DNA from: Chlorokybus atmophyticus
Lineage: Eukaryota > Plantae > Mesostigma and Chlorokybus algae
DNA length: 64,000 bases
Direction: 5' to 3'
Assembly: GCA_009103225.1 (NCBI GenBank)
Contig: RHPI01002161.1
Span: 199,115-263,114 of the forward strand
Shown here: in pieces, positions 41,471-56,395 of the stretch
Layout of the letters: every line of letters begins with the position of its first letter
Position numbering within the stretch: position 1 is the stretch's first letter
Program-made: the position numbers and the translations under genes
Notes under the pieces: model-generated
The model's database searches: none
What the model saw: the letters and a program-made list of their open reading frames with translations, nothing else
Told to the model about the DNA's origin: nothing

Positions 41471-41802
41471 ATGAAATGCAGCTGGACACTCACACACTGG
41501 TTGTGCGAGTCGCAGTTAGATCGACACAATCAGAGCACAATTGGTGAAAGCGATAGCTGTATGTCATCAGTATCATTGATTGAGCACATCAGTTGCAACA
41601 ACAATGACATGAAGCATTGAAGAGGGAATGCAGTCCATGAAATGCAGCTGGACACTCAAACACTGGTTGTGCGAGTCGCAATTAGAGCGACACAATTAAA
41701 ACACAATTGGTGAAAGCGATAGCTGTATGTCATCATTATCATTGATTGAGCACATCAGTTGCAACAACAATGACATGAAGCATTGAAGAGGGAATGCAGT
41801 CC
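41471..41802. repeat. Tandem duplication, 2 x 166 bp
   Basis: atgaaatgcagctggacactca...gaagagggaatgcagtcc at 41471-41636 and 41637-41802, with a few substitutions. Confidence 0.93.
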
Positions 41803-41860
41803 AACCAATCGACCTCGCTATCCAAGTAACATGCGGCTACAGGTCGCAACACTGTCTCTC

Positions 41861-44800
41861 TCAGACAGTCAGCAGGCTGTTCCCATGCGGGCTCTCTACA
41901 CACTGCGGTGCCTCGGGATCGTGGTGCCACGTCCCGTCAACGATAAACTTGTACTCATAGACGCCGGGAGGCAACTGCATCGTCACTTGCCAAAGGGCCG
42001 GTTTGCCCGAGTGCCCATCCGGAAGACTACTATCGTCACGCGTAAGATCCACTCGTTCTGCCCACTGCAAGTACCATGCACATGTTTGGGAATGTGCATG
42101 CTTCTTACACAATGAGTGGTGCCATAACGTTTGCAACGCTCTCTAACCAAAAGTGACGGATGAGTGTCAAACTTAAGCATACCTCATTGAAGCTGCCGGA
42201 TACAGACACTTTTTCTCCGCCGCCTGCCCATCGAAGGACTGTTGGGATGGTTGGCGTCGGGGCAGCACACAGCATGACGCATGCGAGTGGTGGGAGCCGC
42301 AGACTTAGTGTGTACTGCTCTGCTGCTTTGCTGTGTGGGCTGTAGCCTCGGAAGTGGGGGCTGACATTGCCATCTGCAGATTGAGAGAACTGTTGAGCCA
42401 ATGCCTGCACACTGCATTACAGCACCTCAGTTCCAGCAACAGCACTACGCACTCATGAAGGTGGCTGTGGATGCGTTCTGTTGTAGTCGATCTGGAGTGT
42501 ACGCTGCGCTCCACCCTGAACTGGCTGGACTCCACGAGTGACTTCGCAGCATGTTGGTCTCAACCGCTTCAACCTGAATTGCAAGCATCGCATTGGACAT
42601 TCGTCACTGCCTGTTGGTAAGTGTCGTTCTAGCTGTACATATTGTCATCATCCCAACTGGAACAATCTCACAAAGTGCAAGCCACTCACGAGCCAAGCAA
42701 GCATACCTCTTCAAGGCCATGCAGTGGGTGGACATCACTGCCACCAAACTTCTGTGCATCGCTGTTGAGTAATAGACGCCATGGACCGCGATGTGGCACT
42801 CGCACTCTATACTTGTCGCGGACGGTCTGCAGAGATGGCCCATGTTGACGCATAATACATGGAAGCTACCGCAACATGAACTGCTGGCACCACACGTTGC
42901 CATGCTTACCGGTGTAAAATTGAAGGCTGCAATCAAGGGCGGATGGGGTGAGCGCGCGCGTCGCAGGAATATTAACACAGAGTCACAAGAGTTATCTACA
43001 TCTAACCATTGAAAGCCGTATCGCATGTAGTCGGCCTCGTGCAGAGCCCTGCCATGCATCATGTTGGCTTTTCTGTTGAAGACCCAGGGGTGCTGTTGTA
43101 CAAACATTCTCATGCCGCACCATGGATGCAAAGCAGAGACAGACTTACTTGTTAGCCACGTATGCACGATTCAATGCAGCTACCCATCGCTTGATGCCTT
43201 GATGATTTTGGCCATCCTGTAGCAGATGCCAGTCAAGACTTGAATCATGGCTCCACTCTTGCCACTGTCCAAACTCCTGCATTTGCAACATCTTGCTCAG
43301 CAAAGATAACAACCAACCACAAAGCCGCATCTCCACAGGTGATAGTGATGATACCTGACCCATGAATAGCAGCTTTTTGCCGGGTGTGCCATACTGATAT
43401 CCAAGCAGGAGACGCAAATTGGCAAATCGCTGCCACTCGTCGCTGGGCATTTTCCTCAACAGGGAGCCTTTCCCGTGCACAACCTCATCGTGTGAAAGGG
43501 GGACTATAAAGTTCTCAGAGTGCGCATACACATTGCGAAAGGTGAGCTTATTGTGACAGGTGCTCCTATGCTGCGTCTCAACACGAAAATACTCAAGGGT
43601 GTCGTTCATCCAGCCCATGTCCCACTTGAAGTCAAAACCCAGTGCCTCACGCGAGGTCTGAGTGCACTTGCGCCCACTGACCTGCGTTGCATAACAGACA
43701 CTATGACATGCTCATCCCAAGGAACACAAACGGGGAAGGAGGCGCGTGCAAGGAGCGTACCTGAGGCCATGTGGTGCTTTCTTCAGCAATGGTAAACACG
43801 CCATCATACTCTTTATGCACAACCTCGTTCAGCTGGCGCAACAGGTTAACAGACTGCCAGTTCTCTTGGCCACCAGTCTCATTGGCAATCCATTCCCCCG
43901 GTTTTCGCGAATAGCTGCAGACACTCACCATTAGCTAAGCTGTTGACTAGGCAAACTCATTTGCATGTGTTACCTGAAATACAGCATTGATGCCACAGCA
44001 TCAACGCGCAACCCATCTGCATGGTAGTGCTCCAGCCAGAACCGTGCGCTGCTCAGCAGGAAAGATCGAATCTCCGGTCTGCCATAGTCGAATATACCTA
44101 CACAAGTGTGCAACCCAAGATGACATGCATGAAGGCCATCATGCAATATTTGGGCATTACACGAACTACGACCACATGATCGTCACACCTGTTTTCCAAT
44201 CTGGATGAAACCCTCGTCTGGGATCACCATATTCATAAAGTGGGCTTCCGTCAAAGCGCGCCAGTGCATGCTCGTCCAAAGGGAAGTGAGCTGGAACCCA
44301 GTCTAATATGACACCAACCCCAGCATTGTGCAGCATGTCAATGAGTTCCATCAAGCCTTCAGGAGGCCCATAGCGTGAGGTGGGAGCAAAGTAGCCAGTC
44401 ACCTACAGGGGCAATGTCTATGGCACGGACATGGCATGTAGAGCAACAACAATGGCAGATTGCTCTTACTGCATACGCTGAGAGCAATCTCATGCAGGTG
44501 CAAGCAGCACACCTGATATCCCCATGAACCATAGAAGGGATGCTCCATGACCGGCATGAACTCCACATGTGTAAAGCCCATCTCCAATATGTATGGCACT
44601 AGAGTTTTTCCCAGCTCACGATACGTGAGACACCGGAAACTTTCATCTGGGTTGCGCATAAAGCTACCAAGGTGCAACTCATATATGGACATCGGGCCCT
44701 GACAGAACAATATGAGATAAAGGCAGGCGCGCTTGTGCTAGTCAGGTTGTAAGGGCTGGTCTGCAAGTCACCATACCTCTAAGTGGTTGGCGTGTTTGCG

Positions 44801-46290
44801 GGCATCCATCCATTTCCTATCTGACCACTGCGCCGCATCGACAACGTTAATGACCAACCCGCCGCATCCACTAACTTATACCCCATAGTTTGGCCTCCTA
44901 CCTTGTATGCGTGCAAATCCGTGACTACATTGTTTATTGGACACTGCCGTGGTGCTCCAGCTGGTAACGGTAATGACTGATTTGGGTAGGGCTCACCCGC
45001 AAATGAAAAGGGGTCACTTTTGTCACAGCGATTGTCATCACAGCCATGTATTTGGTACTTGTATTTGTACCTGCCATGGTGGATCTCAGTTAGATGTCAC
45101 AACTGGCTTGTGCAATATGACTGTAGAGTTGATGTTGCAGGCACAAGTGGCTGCCTACCCCGCTTTGACGCTTGGCACAAACACCTCCCATACACCACCC
45201 TCAACCCTATGCATTGGGGTTGCTTCATGACGCCAATCGTTGAAATCCCCTAATACCGCCACTCCCCGTGCCGAGGGCGCCCAAACAGAAAAAAGTGTGC
45301 CTACCTGTGGGCACCCTGTCAGATGCTCCGACATGCAACAGATGTAGATACACGGATGAGAGTGACGCAATGAAGTGATGTGTACCTGGGCATCAGAGTC
45401 ACGTCTACAGACGTGGGCTCCAAGCTTATTGTACAGCTGCGAGTGCAGCCCAGATGCCATGCTGGCAGCATCTTCGCCTGCGCAAACCGCAAGTTGTGAG
45501 TTTTTACATTGCTGTGACTGAAGATGTCTAGCTGTGACACATGCTATCTGCATGCTGGCCCATACCATCTGTGTTCTCTCTCCCAAAGGCCCCCCAACAA
45601 TTACTACCTACATGAGGCTGCTGGACAATATGCAGTCCACTCGTCAATAGTAACACGCCCACTATCCCTCACACCGGCTTTCATTCGCGTTACAGAGAAA
45701 GCTGACCACAAGGTGTGACCATACTGGACGCCTTAACATAACTGCTCAGCTAATTGGTCTTGGCCTAATCATCTTGTTCGTCATGCTACATGGACTGACA
45801 CAGTGTAATTACTGAATGGTGTGCTTTGATGCGGCATAAGGAACACCACTTATAACGCACAGTACAGCATGTGCATGCTGGTGCACGTAACGAAGTCTAC
45901 AACACTGTGGGTCTGCGCTAGCGCCACCTCACGATACTGACCGTTCATGCAATGGTGCAAGGTCTTCGTTTATGATCGCAAACTGCTGCCAAGCAGCTGT
46001 ATGCATGTGTGTACACTAGAACCTAGCGTTGCAGCTTATGCGATAGAAGAATAAGTGCGACAAGCTTACCCGTAAAGCGAACTTGCGAAATGCATGGCAC
46101 ACTTGAGGTGGCAAGACCGAGCCCCGGGCCGGGGGTGGGCCCCCACTGCAGCTCACCGGCCCGCGCCGTTGCTACAGCCGGCGCCACTTTGTTGGCTGCT
46201 TGTTTCTCGCATTCACATGCAGCGCATTGCTCTGTGAACTGCCCTTCAAAGGCAGCGTTGGACCCGCACCAATGCCAACAGTGTTGGGGA
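41861..46290 (-). CDS. glgB: 1,4-alpha-glucan branching enzyme, bacterial GlgB type, with an extra C-terminal AMPK-beta-type CBM48 (5' end uncertain, possibly up to about 47047)
   Basis: [137 protein letters not shown]; then [22 protein letters not shown]|W...[19 protein letters not shown]. Confidence 0.92.
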
Positions 46291-47144
46291 CTGCAGACAT
46301 GCATGTCAGTGTGGCAAGATATTCTGCCAGGTGATAGTGCACTCCTTCGCTAACATGCAGCAGTTGCAGTTCCTTATGCAGCACACACAACGTTTAATGC
46401 AAATACAACACCGGCGAAGTGCTCACATGGCACATAAAGCAAATCTGAGCAGACAACATGACAGAAACCCGTTGCAACACAACCTTGGCAAAAACAGTGC
46501 ACATGTGCTGGCCACAATTGCCGGAACTCCTAGATGTGTTGCTTAACTGGAAATTACGACAGCAGTGCACAATGCGGCTAAACGACTCACGGAAAACTGT
46601 CTTCAAGCTAGTGACTCACCTCGACCACGACGCTTCGTATAGGAAACCTGTGTCCAAGCAGACCACCGCCCCAATGATTAAAGCTTTGTTGGTGGTCCTT
46701 CAATCCGCAAGCAATGCGTCGCGGAAATTCAACAATGAGGTCGTCCAGTGCCACACGCGCTCAATAGCCCAAGTAACAAAACGAACAACTCTCAACCCTG
46801 TCCCGGACGCCTCTCCACACCTCGCCGCCCTCACCACCACCACCACCGCCGCCGCTGTGGTCTGCTAGTTCTCGGGTCCGGTCGCCAAAACCCTAAATGT
46901 TGCTAACGCGACAAAACTGGTCAGCACAGCGTAACCGGCCACCTGAAGGGGCGTCACTCCGTTATGCTTTCTTGGCAGGTCGCAGCGTAACCGCCGCCAG
47001 CTGGGCACAAGCCCCGTCTTCCGTCGGATCCGATCCGGGTCCAACATGATTTACGTCAGATTGCGAGCCGGTTCAACGGATGGGAGTCGGAACTCTTAAC
47101 GACCGGCCTGGTCTAGTCTGGCCTGGCCTGGCCTGGCGAGGCGC

Positions 47145-48101
47145 ATGGAGCGCCGGAGACTTTATCTTTGGGCCAGCGTCGTGGCATTGTGGTTTGCTGT
47201 CAGTGCCGCGTCTGCACTTGTAGGCAGCGATGCGTCGGCGGAGCAGCGTCATGACTCGCTCGTCATGGAGGTGGCTGCGGAGGACTTCGACGACGGGGCG
47301 GGCCCGCTGAGCGATGGCCATGCGGACTACATTGCTGTTGTGGTCTACACCAGCTGGTGCCGGAAGGTCAGTCTTAGCGGTTTGGCACTCATAAGGCGTA
47401 TAATGCATAGGATCAGTGCGCATTGCGTGTGTAACGCTCTGGTTTGCCCTCTGCAGGCTCGCAAGTTCCTTCCTGCTTATGAGGCGGCAGCGCAGCTGAT
47501 GCATACGGATGCCTCCTGGACTCTCACCAAGGTATATTTGCACACTTTGTAGCATAGCACTCAGGATGATGCCCTGAGCGCGTCTTGTTGAAGCACACTG
47601 TAATTGGCATGTTTTGACGACACTGATGTGCAGTTAACGTTAGAAGCGTACAGCGTTGTGCAAACAGAACTGTTGATGTGATGCCGATGATAACTAGGCA
47701 GTGTGCCTAAGTTCAGTATGTTTGTAGCCACCAGCATCAGCAATACTACTAGTACAACAGCAGCCATTGGTCAGCTGTGCAATGCAACCAACCTCACATC
47801 TAATGCATGGCTCAGTTTTCTCATTGCGCGCATTGACAGCGCTAGCCAATAGCACCAATGTCACTCGTAAATTGTGCAGGTGGATGCGGAGCTGTCAGAG
47901 AACTTGGAGCTAACACAGAGGTTAGGCGTTGTAGGTTACCCGCATCTGTTTGTGTATAGGAAGGGACGGGCAGAAGCCATAGACTCGCGCAGTCACTTGA
48001 AACTTGAGAAAATGATGGCTGGCAACTCCTTTGATGCGCAGCAAGTGGTGTCTCTGCTGCGGGACATGAGCAAACCCTTGCGTTCACGAGATGAATTATA
48101 A
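47145..48101 (+). CDS. ER-lumen single-domain thioredoxin/PDI-like protein with atypical WCRKA site and RDEL tail (3 exons)
   Basis: Hydrophobic signal peptide, VVVYTSWCRK|ARKFLPAYEAAA, K|VDA, cis-Pro motif GYPHL, C-terminus RSRDEL* (TAA 48099-48101). Confidence 0.8.
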
Positions 48102-48739
48102 TGCAATTGGGAGATGGCTGCAGTGCTCACCAGTCCAAATAAGCAATCCGATTGTCATTTCAACTGCTATGGCATGGTAACTGTGTTCATCGCTGCTATG
48201 GCCATGTGACTGCTGCAGCTATGATTTGCGGTTGTCTCTCGCTTTGCGATCCTGTCGCTTGGATGAGCCAATCCGTGCATTGGTTGTGCAAAATTTCTCC
48301 TGAAGGACTACACTACAGTCATGAGCGGCAGAGCAAGTTGCATGTAAGAGTACTGCAGCTATTCCCACAGTGGAATACCATCATCCATGTGCACGCTACC
48401 AAGTCACTTTCTGTAACACAGTGCATACTACTCAGCGATCACATATCACACCCTCAATGCGATAGGGTGTTGCTACAGCATGTGCTGCCAAGATATGCTG
48501 CTTCACAAGTGCATCCAGCAACTACACTACACCCCCGCACTTGTGACGCAAATTTGACAAAACCCATCTGCGGCATAACACCACTTCACCTGTTGGAAAC
48601 TAGAGGTTCAAAACTTGTGCGCCAGACAGCGCTCGTCCTGTGCCTGTGAACTCTGGATACCTCAATCTAAACGCTACCGCCACTACTGCCCCAGCAAGGG
48701 CAGTTTAAAGAATATTGTTAACAAGGTCTCAGCAACCAC

Positions 48740-51060
<2,321 letters not shown>

Positions 51061-52671
51061 GGTTGTCTGTTTTCGACTATCTGTTACGGGAAGGAAGCCA
51101 ATCAGTTAGCCACCGCTCTCGTCCTTGATGTCCGCCCTGTTGTCGCTGTTGTTGTCGTCGGCGGCGGAAGCGGTGGCGGCGGCTACAGCTGCTACTTGCA
51201 GTTACAGTTGACTGCGAAGCTTACTCGCAAACTGACGCTAGCCAATATCGCTGCATAGTGGTAATACTCTATAGGTTTTGCCCGCTTTCGGTCTCTGAGA
51301 CTCAGTTTTGGGCATCGATATCTCTTGACTCAACTGGTGGCTCAGAGCCACTGGCTTTGGTCAACAAGCAACTGGCGTTCTGACTTTTGGGTGGTTTGTC
51401 ATGAATCATTCGGGTGATGCGACGGTGTCGCGCGCTGCAACCTCGCGGAGATGGTCGCGGCGGGGCAGTCGGGCGGGGGTGGCTGCCAGGTTGGCACGCA
51501 GCCAGCGGGAGGGTGAGACAGATCTGGAGTCTAGTGTAGAACTGGACATGAAACTTGAGGCTTGTCAACCTCGGAGGCCAGCCATTTGCCCCCTGGTGTC
51601 AAATTGGGCAAAACAAACGGTTCAAATCGTTGCACAGAGTTCATGTCCATCACAGGTTGAGTGATGAACACATGAGTGTGTAATCCACATATTGTGTTAT
51701 ACAGTGTCATGCGCATATTGCATGGGAACGATTATGATACACGAGCACACTGTCTATTCCGACTATTGTGATTCATTGAAAGTCATGCTTATGCTTAAGA
51801 TCAGGATGGGCTTGACAAAGAAAAATGTTGTATTACTGTTTTCCTTGACCACTACATTCAAACCAGCTTGACTATTGTAACAACAATTGATAATTTCATT
51901 ATATGTCAAAGTATGGATTGAACATTCAAATAAAGGATATAAAAATCATACCACGGTTATAATTGATGGGTCGTATTATGGTAATAGACCAACGCCATGC
52001 ACTTTGTAGTACATATTAACATTCTTGCATCATACTAGCATATATTATCATGGTATGTGATATATCAATAATATGGCATCACATTGTACCATGCTTTGCA
52101 TGTTAAATGCATATGGATAAGAACATTCACTATGGCATCGCGCAATGTTGCATAAACGAAAATCAACATGCAATGTACAGATTTTGTCGAATGCAAGGGG
52201 ATTGGAACACATACCATAACTGCATCGCGTAATCGCGAAAATAAAACATGATTGTGCGATGTTCGTACTGAATAAACTTGATTGTACCTAAACAAGCTTG
52301 TTTAACCACAAAGGACAAACTGTAAAGTCACTTGAACGATTCAACATACCTTGGCTTGCATAGTTAAATAGCTAGCACGTGCACATACGCGTGTCTGGGA
52401 TTTGCAAGACACTGTGTTCATGTGAAATTGTTCAGAACGAACATCGAGCGTTAGTGGTAGCCAACACGAATGGCTTCACTATGTACATCAAGAAGATGAA
52501 CTGAAAAATGTACCACGGATACAATACAGTCACCCTAAAGCGCGTGCCTAACTATCAATGGTAACAGCACTCAGAATGAACTACCAACCTTCAATACTAC
52601 CAGTGCTAGATACTACTCGAGGGCGACCCCGCTTTGCACCCGCAATACATCGTATCACCGCCAGGCGTGAT

Positions 52672-53852
52672 CTACACCAGCAGCAGCACCAGGCACAGGG
52701 GCGTAACTAGCCATGTTGTAAATAGTTCCATGTTGACTGTGTTGTTACGTATGTAGGGGAAACACTTGTGTGCCATGGCAGCAATTTGGATGGAGGACAC
52801 ATAATAATATGAGAGAGCACGTGAGACAGAACATACGAGAGAGAGAACCCATGACGGGTTGGATGGATACATGGATGCTAGCTTACCACAATGATGCAGA
52901 GGGAGATGATGTGCAGGCCAAGCAGAGACGACGCGACGATGATAGCCTTCTTGGTCTCATGCAACTGCCAAACAACAGTCTCCGTGAGCCGATGTGCACA
53001 CATCGGCGGAGTGAGTTGATTGCTCTCCCTGGCTTCGAGATGCCAGGTGATGCACATTGGCGAGCGTGCATGTGTGTGCATGTGCGTGCGCGCGTGCGTG
53101 CGTAGTTTACAACCCTCATATGCTGCTTACCGACCGCCAGCATGTGAAGCACAGTCCAGCTAGAGTGAACAACCCGCCCTCCCACACAATAAAGAAGACG
53201 CAGGCCACGGCCAAGGACCAAGCGGGTCTGCCAAAAACTTCAAGGCTGCATTGGGGCCATATTTATGTCACTATGGGACCCAACACTGCAAGACGGGCGT
53301 GCCGTCACACACACGTACGCTCACATGCACACATCCGCCCACACCCACACCCACACTACAATTGTAATGCCATCACCTGTGTGCTGCAGGATGAGGTTGA
53401 GCATTGTTGTTGTTGTTGACAGCAAGGTATGGGGTTCTGCTCCGGCATGAGGCAGCCGAGTGTTGTTGTGATGACTACTATTGTTGGTGGTGATGTTGTG
53501 GCTGCTACTCACGTTCTGCTTGCTGGTAGCGAACAGCGCTACTTTAGCACAGCGGATGCTAGGAACAATCTGCCCACATATCTCGCACTCGTGTGTCTTG
53601 CGCTTGGCGAGCCAACGTAGCGCGCACACGTAGTGCGCAACCGCCATGCTGCCTCGGCAACCGCACCTGTATGACACAATCAACATGTGTGCTCCTGTGC
53701 GTGTGCATGTGTGCGCTCTCAATAAAAAAGGGACATGTGTGCACGTGCACGGTCGAGTGCACACTCCAGGGCCCCGCGCGTGTGCGTACATGTGCTGCAT
53801 GAAAGCAGCACATCTGTACAAGCACAAAGGCAGATATGACTACCAGTGGGAT

Positions 53853-53910
<58 letters not shown>

Positions 53911-54824
53911 CCTCAGCTGCGTAGGGCTTGTACCGCGCTCGCTCGCTGGCCTGGCGCAGTGCGGCCCATACGCCATGAAGCGACGCAGGTCCAGCCCTTC
54001 TTCCTATGCGTGTGCCATTGTGTCGCGTACACATGACCTTGGCCACAACAACAACAACAGTCACACTCTTCACTCACCTGCAGGCACAGAATTGCGGCAT
54101 GTGGCATCAGCGAGGCGGGTTCGCATCCTTTAAGATCCACACCAAGGCATATGCGGCAAGGGAGCGAATTGACCTGCATGGTTGAGTTTGTGTGTGTGTG
54201 TGTGCGTGCGCGTGTCGTAAGCTCAGCAACTCTTTGAATATATACTACTTGGCATGTAGCTAAATCAGTTGCAGTCAGCATGCCATACCGAGTTGCCCTG
54301 TGCGAAACGAACCCAACCTTATGACACACGCATACATGTAGCAAGATTGCCTTTGCTTTGCCATTGGGTCCAACCGTGACACAGTCTTCTAGTAACAACG
54401 TTCCCGACTTGGGACTTGCGACCACGAGTGCACAATACGGCTGATCCTGCCACGTGACATGTGTCGGCTCAGCAAGGCAGATTTTGTGCATTGCACTGTC
54501 GGCTGCAATGATTGTGCCTGCGGGCATGTGGGTGGGTGGGTGGGTGGGTGCGGTGTGCAATTATGCAGCTCTGTGCATATGCATTCCCACCTTGTGCTTG
54601 CTCTCAGAGTCTTCGCCCTCCTCCTTCCCGCTGAGACTGGCAGCGCCGGCGGTGGCGGCCTGGCCAGCGTAGGTGTTGTCGCCTGCAGGCGCCTGTGAGT
54701 GGACGGCGATGCTGAGGGGGTCGTGCATTGTCACCATGTCATTGTTGTTCGTGTCGTTGCTGTTGTGAACGATGACAACCACGCTGTTGTTGCACTCCTC
54801 CGCCACCTCATCCTTGCCCATCAT
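52672..54824 (-). CDS. RING-CH (RINGv/MARCH-like) membrane E3 ligase, copy A (7 exons, 3 TM segments)
   Basis: CRIC...CGCRGSMAVAHYVCALRWLAKRKTHECEIC gives the C4HC3 pattern. Hydrophobic exons follow (AWSLAVACVFFIVWEGGLFTLAGLCF; AIIVASSLLGLHIISLCIIV; TWLVTPLCLVLLLV*). GT-AG junctions keep frame. Confidence 0.82.
53856..53907. repeat. (CA)n microsatellite in a RING-CH copy A intron
   Basis: Directly visible. Confidence 0.95.
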
Positions 54825-54827
54825 CAG

Positions 54828-54829
<2 letters not shown>

Positions 54830-54883
<54 letters not shown>

Positions 54884-54895
54884 NTCTCTCTCTCT
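54830..54895. repeat. (TC)n microsatellite with a single N (54884), just upstream of copy A
   Basis: Directly visible; copy B has a shorter (AG)-rich tract at the equivalent position (about 58424-58448). Confidence 0.93.
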
Positions 54896-55580
54896 GCTGT
54901 ATTTTTTTAGAGTACTAGTAGTACTAGGTTCTTATTAGACTGGCGGAGGAGGAATTTATGTCCTGATTCCTGTGTCAGCGAGATTCAAAGGGGGAATCTG
55001 GCGCTGACACAAGCACCCTGCAATGTCGAACTCCTGCATTTTCCGCATTACTAGATTCTTGCACATTCCGCATGCATGAAGGTGTAAGGTGCTACACTTT
55101 ACGTCAAGCATTTGCACATGTTGAAGACATTGACTAGAAGCAGCAGACTCTCGGAGCACAATGCGAGTGGGAACATGAAGGCGGTTATCTAAGATCTTTT
55201 CGCATCGGGTGTTTATGATGTGCTGCAAATGCTATGTATTGTCAATGCAAACTTATGGAGCATCATGCACGTATAATATGATATTATACAATATGGAGCA
55301 TATTATGAATAACAAGCATAAAGCATGCATTCAAGACACGCAATGATCATACCATTAATATTGTGACAGATTTATACCATATAGTATATTTATGCAATTA
55401 GCTTATCACAGCAATTTTATACGACATCATCATTAAATAACATATGTGTTTTGCATGTTGCACATTTGCACTTAATTGCATTAAGTTGCATTAAATGTAT
55501 CGTTATTTATTTTACTCATTAAACATTTATACAAGGCTCGGAACTCTAGTAGAATAAAGGGAGAGACGGGGGAGGGGAGG

Positions 55581-56157
55581 AAAGCCCATCTCCAATATGT
55601 ATGGCACTAGAGTTTTTCCCAGCTCACGATACGTGAGACACCGGAAACTTTCATCTGGGTTGCGCATAAAGCTACCAAGGTGCAACTCATATATGGACAT
55701 CGGGCCCTGACAGAACAATATGAGATAAAGGCAGGCGCGCTTGTGCTAGTCAGGTTGTAAGGGCTGGTCTGCAAGTCACCATACCTCTAAGTGGTTGGCG
55801 TGTTTGCGGGCATCCATCCATTTCCTATCTGACCACTGCGCCGCATCGACAACGTTAATGACCAACCCGCCGCATCCACTAACTTATACCCCATAGTTTG
55901 GCCTCCTACCTTGTATGCGTGCAAATCCGTGACTACATTGTTTATTGGACACTGCCGTGGTGCTCCAGCTGGTAACGGTAATGACTGATTTGGGTAGGGC
56001 TCACCCGCAAATGAAAAGGGGTCACTTTTGTCACAGCGATTGTCATCACAGCCATGTATTTGGTACTTGTATTTGTACCTGCCATGGTGGATCTCAGTTA
56101 GATGTCACAACTGGCTTGTGCAATATGACTGTAGAGTTGATGTTGCAGGCACAAGTG
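55581..56157 (-). pseudogene. Isolated internal fragment of the branching-enzyme gene (exons plus introns), identical to 44573-45149
   Basis: Line-by-line comparison showed no differences over 577 bp. It has no start or stop of its own and abuts an N at 56158. Confidence 0.85.
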
Positions 56158-56395
56158 NGACATGATGAGCTCATTGACTGGCAGCGGTGACAAGCCCCAT
56201 CCACTGTCAGCGTTGGCATCGACTAAACAGGAGAAATGCTGATGGCGGCGGCTTTCGCTGACAGCTTCCTTAGGCAAACCCTAAAGCCGCGGTCGGCAGT
56301 GACTTGCAAGTAAATGAACTAGCGCGGAGGTGGTGGCGGCACACCCTAGACTGCCAAGTCACCATCACGACGACCCAAATTTTTAGCTTGTGCGT

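Noticed and set aside
51302-51716. GC-rich ORFs upstream of MDH
   Set aside because: No domain similarity or convincing splice structure; may be promoter or UTR sequence.
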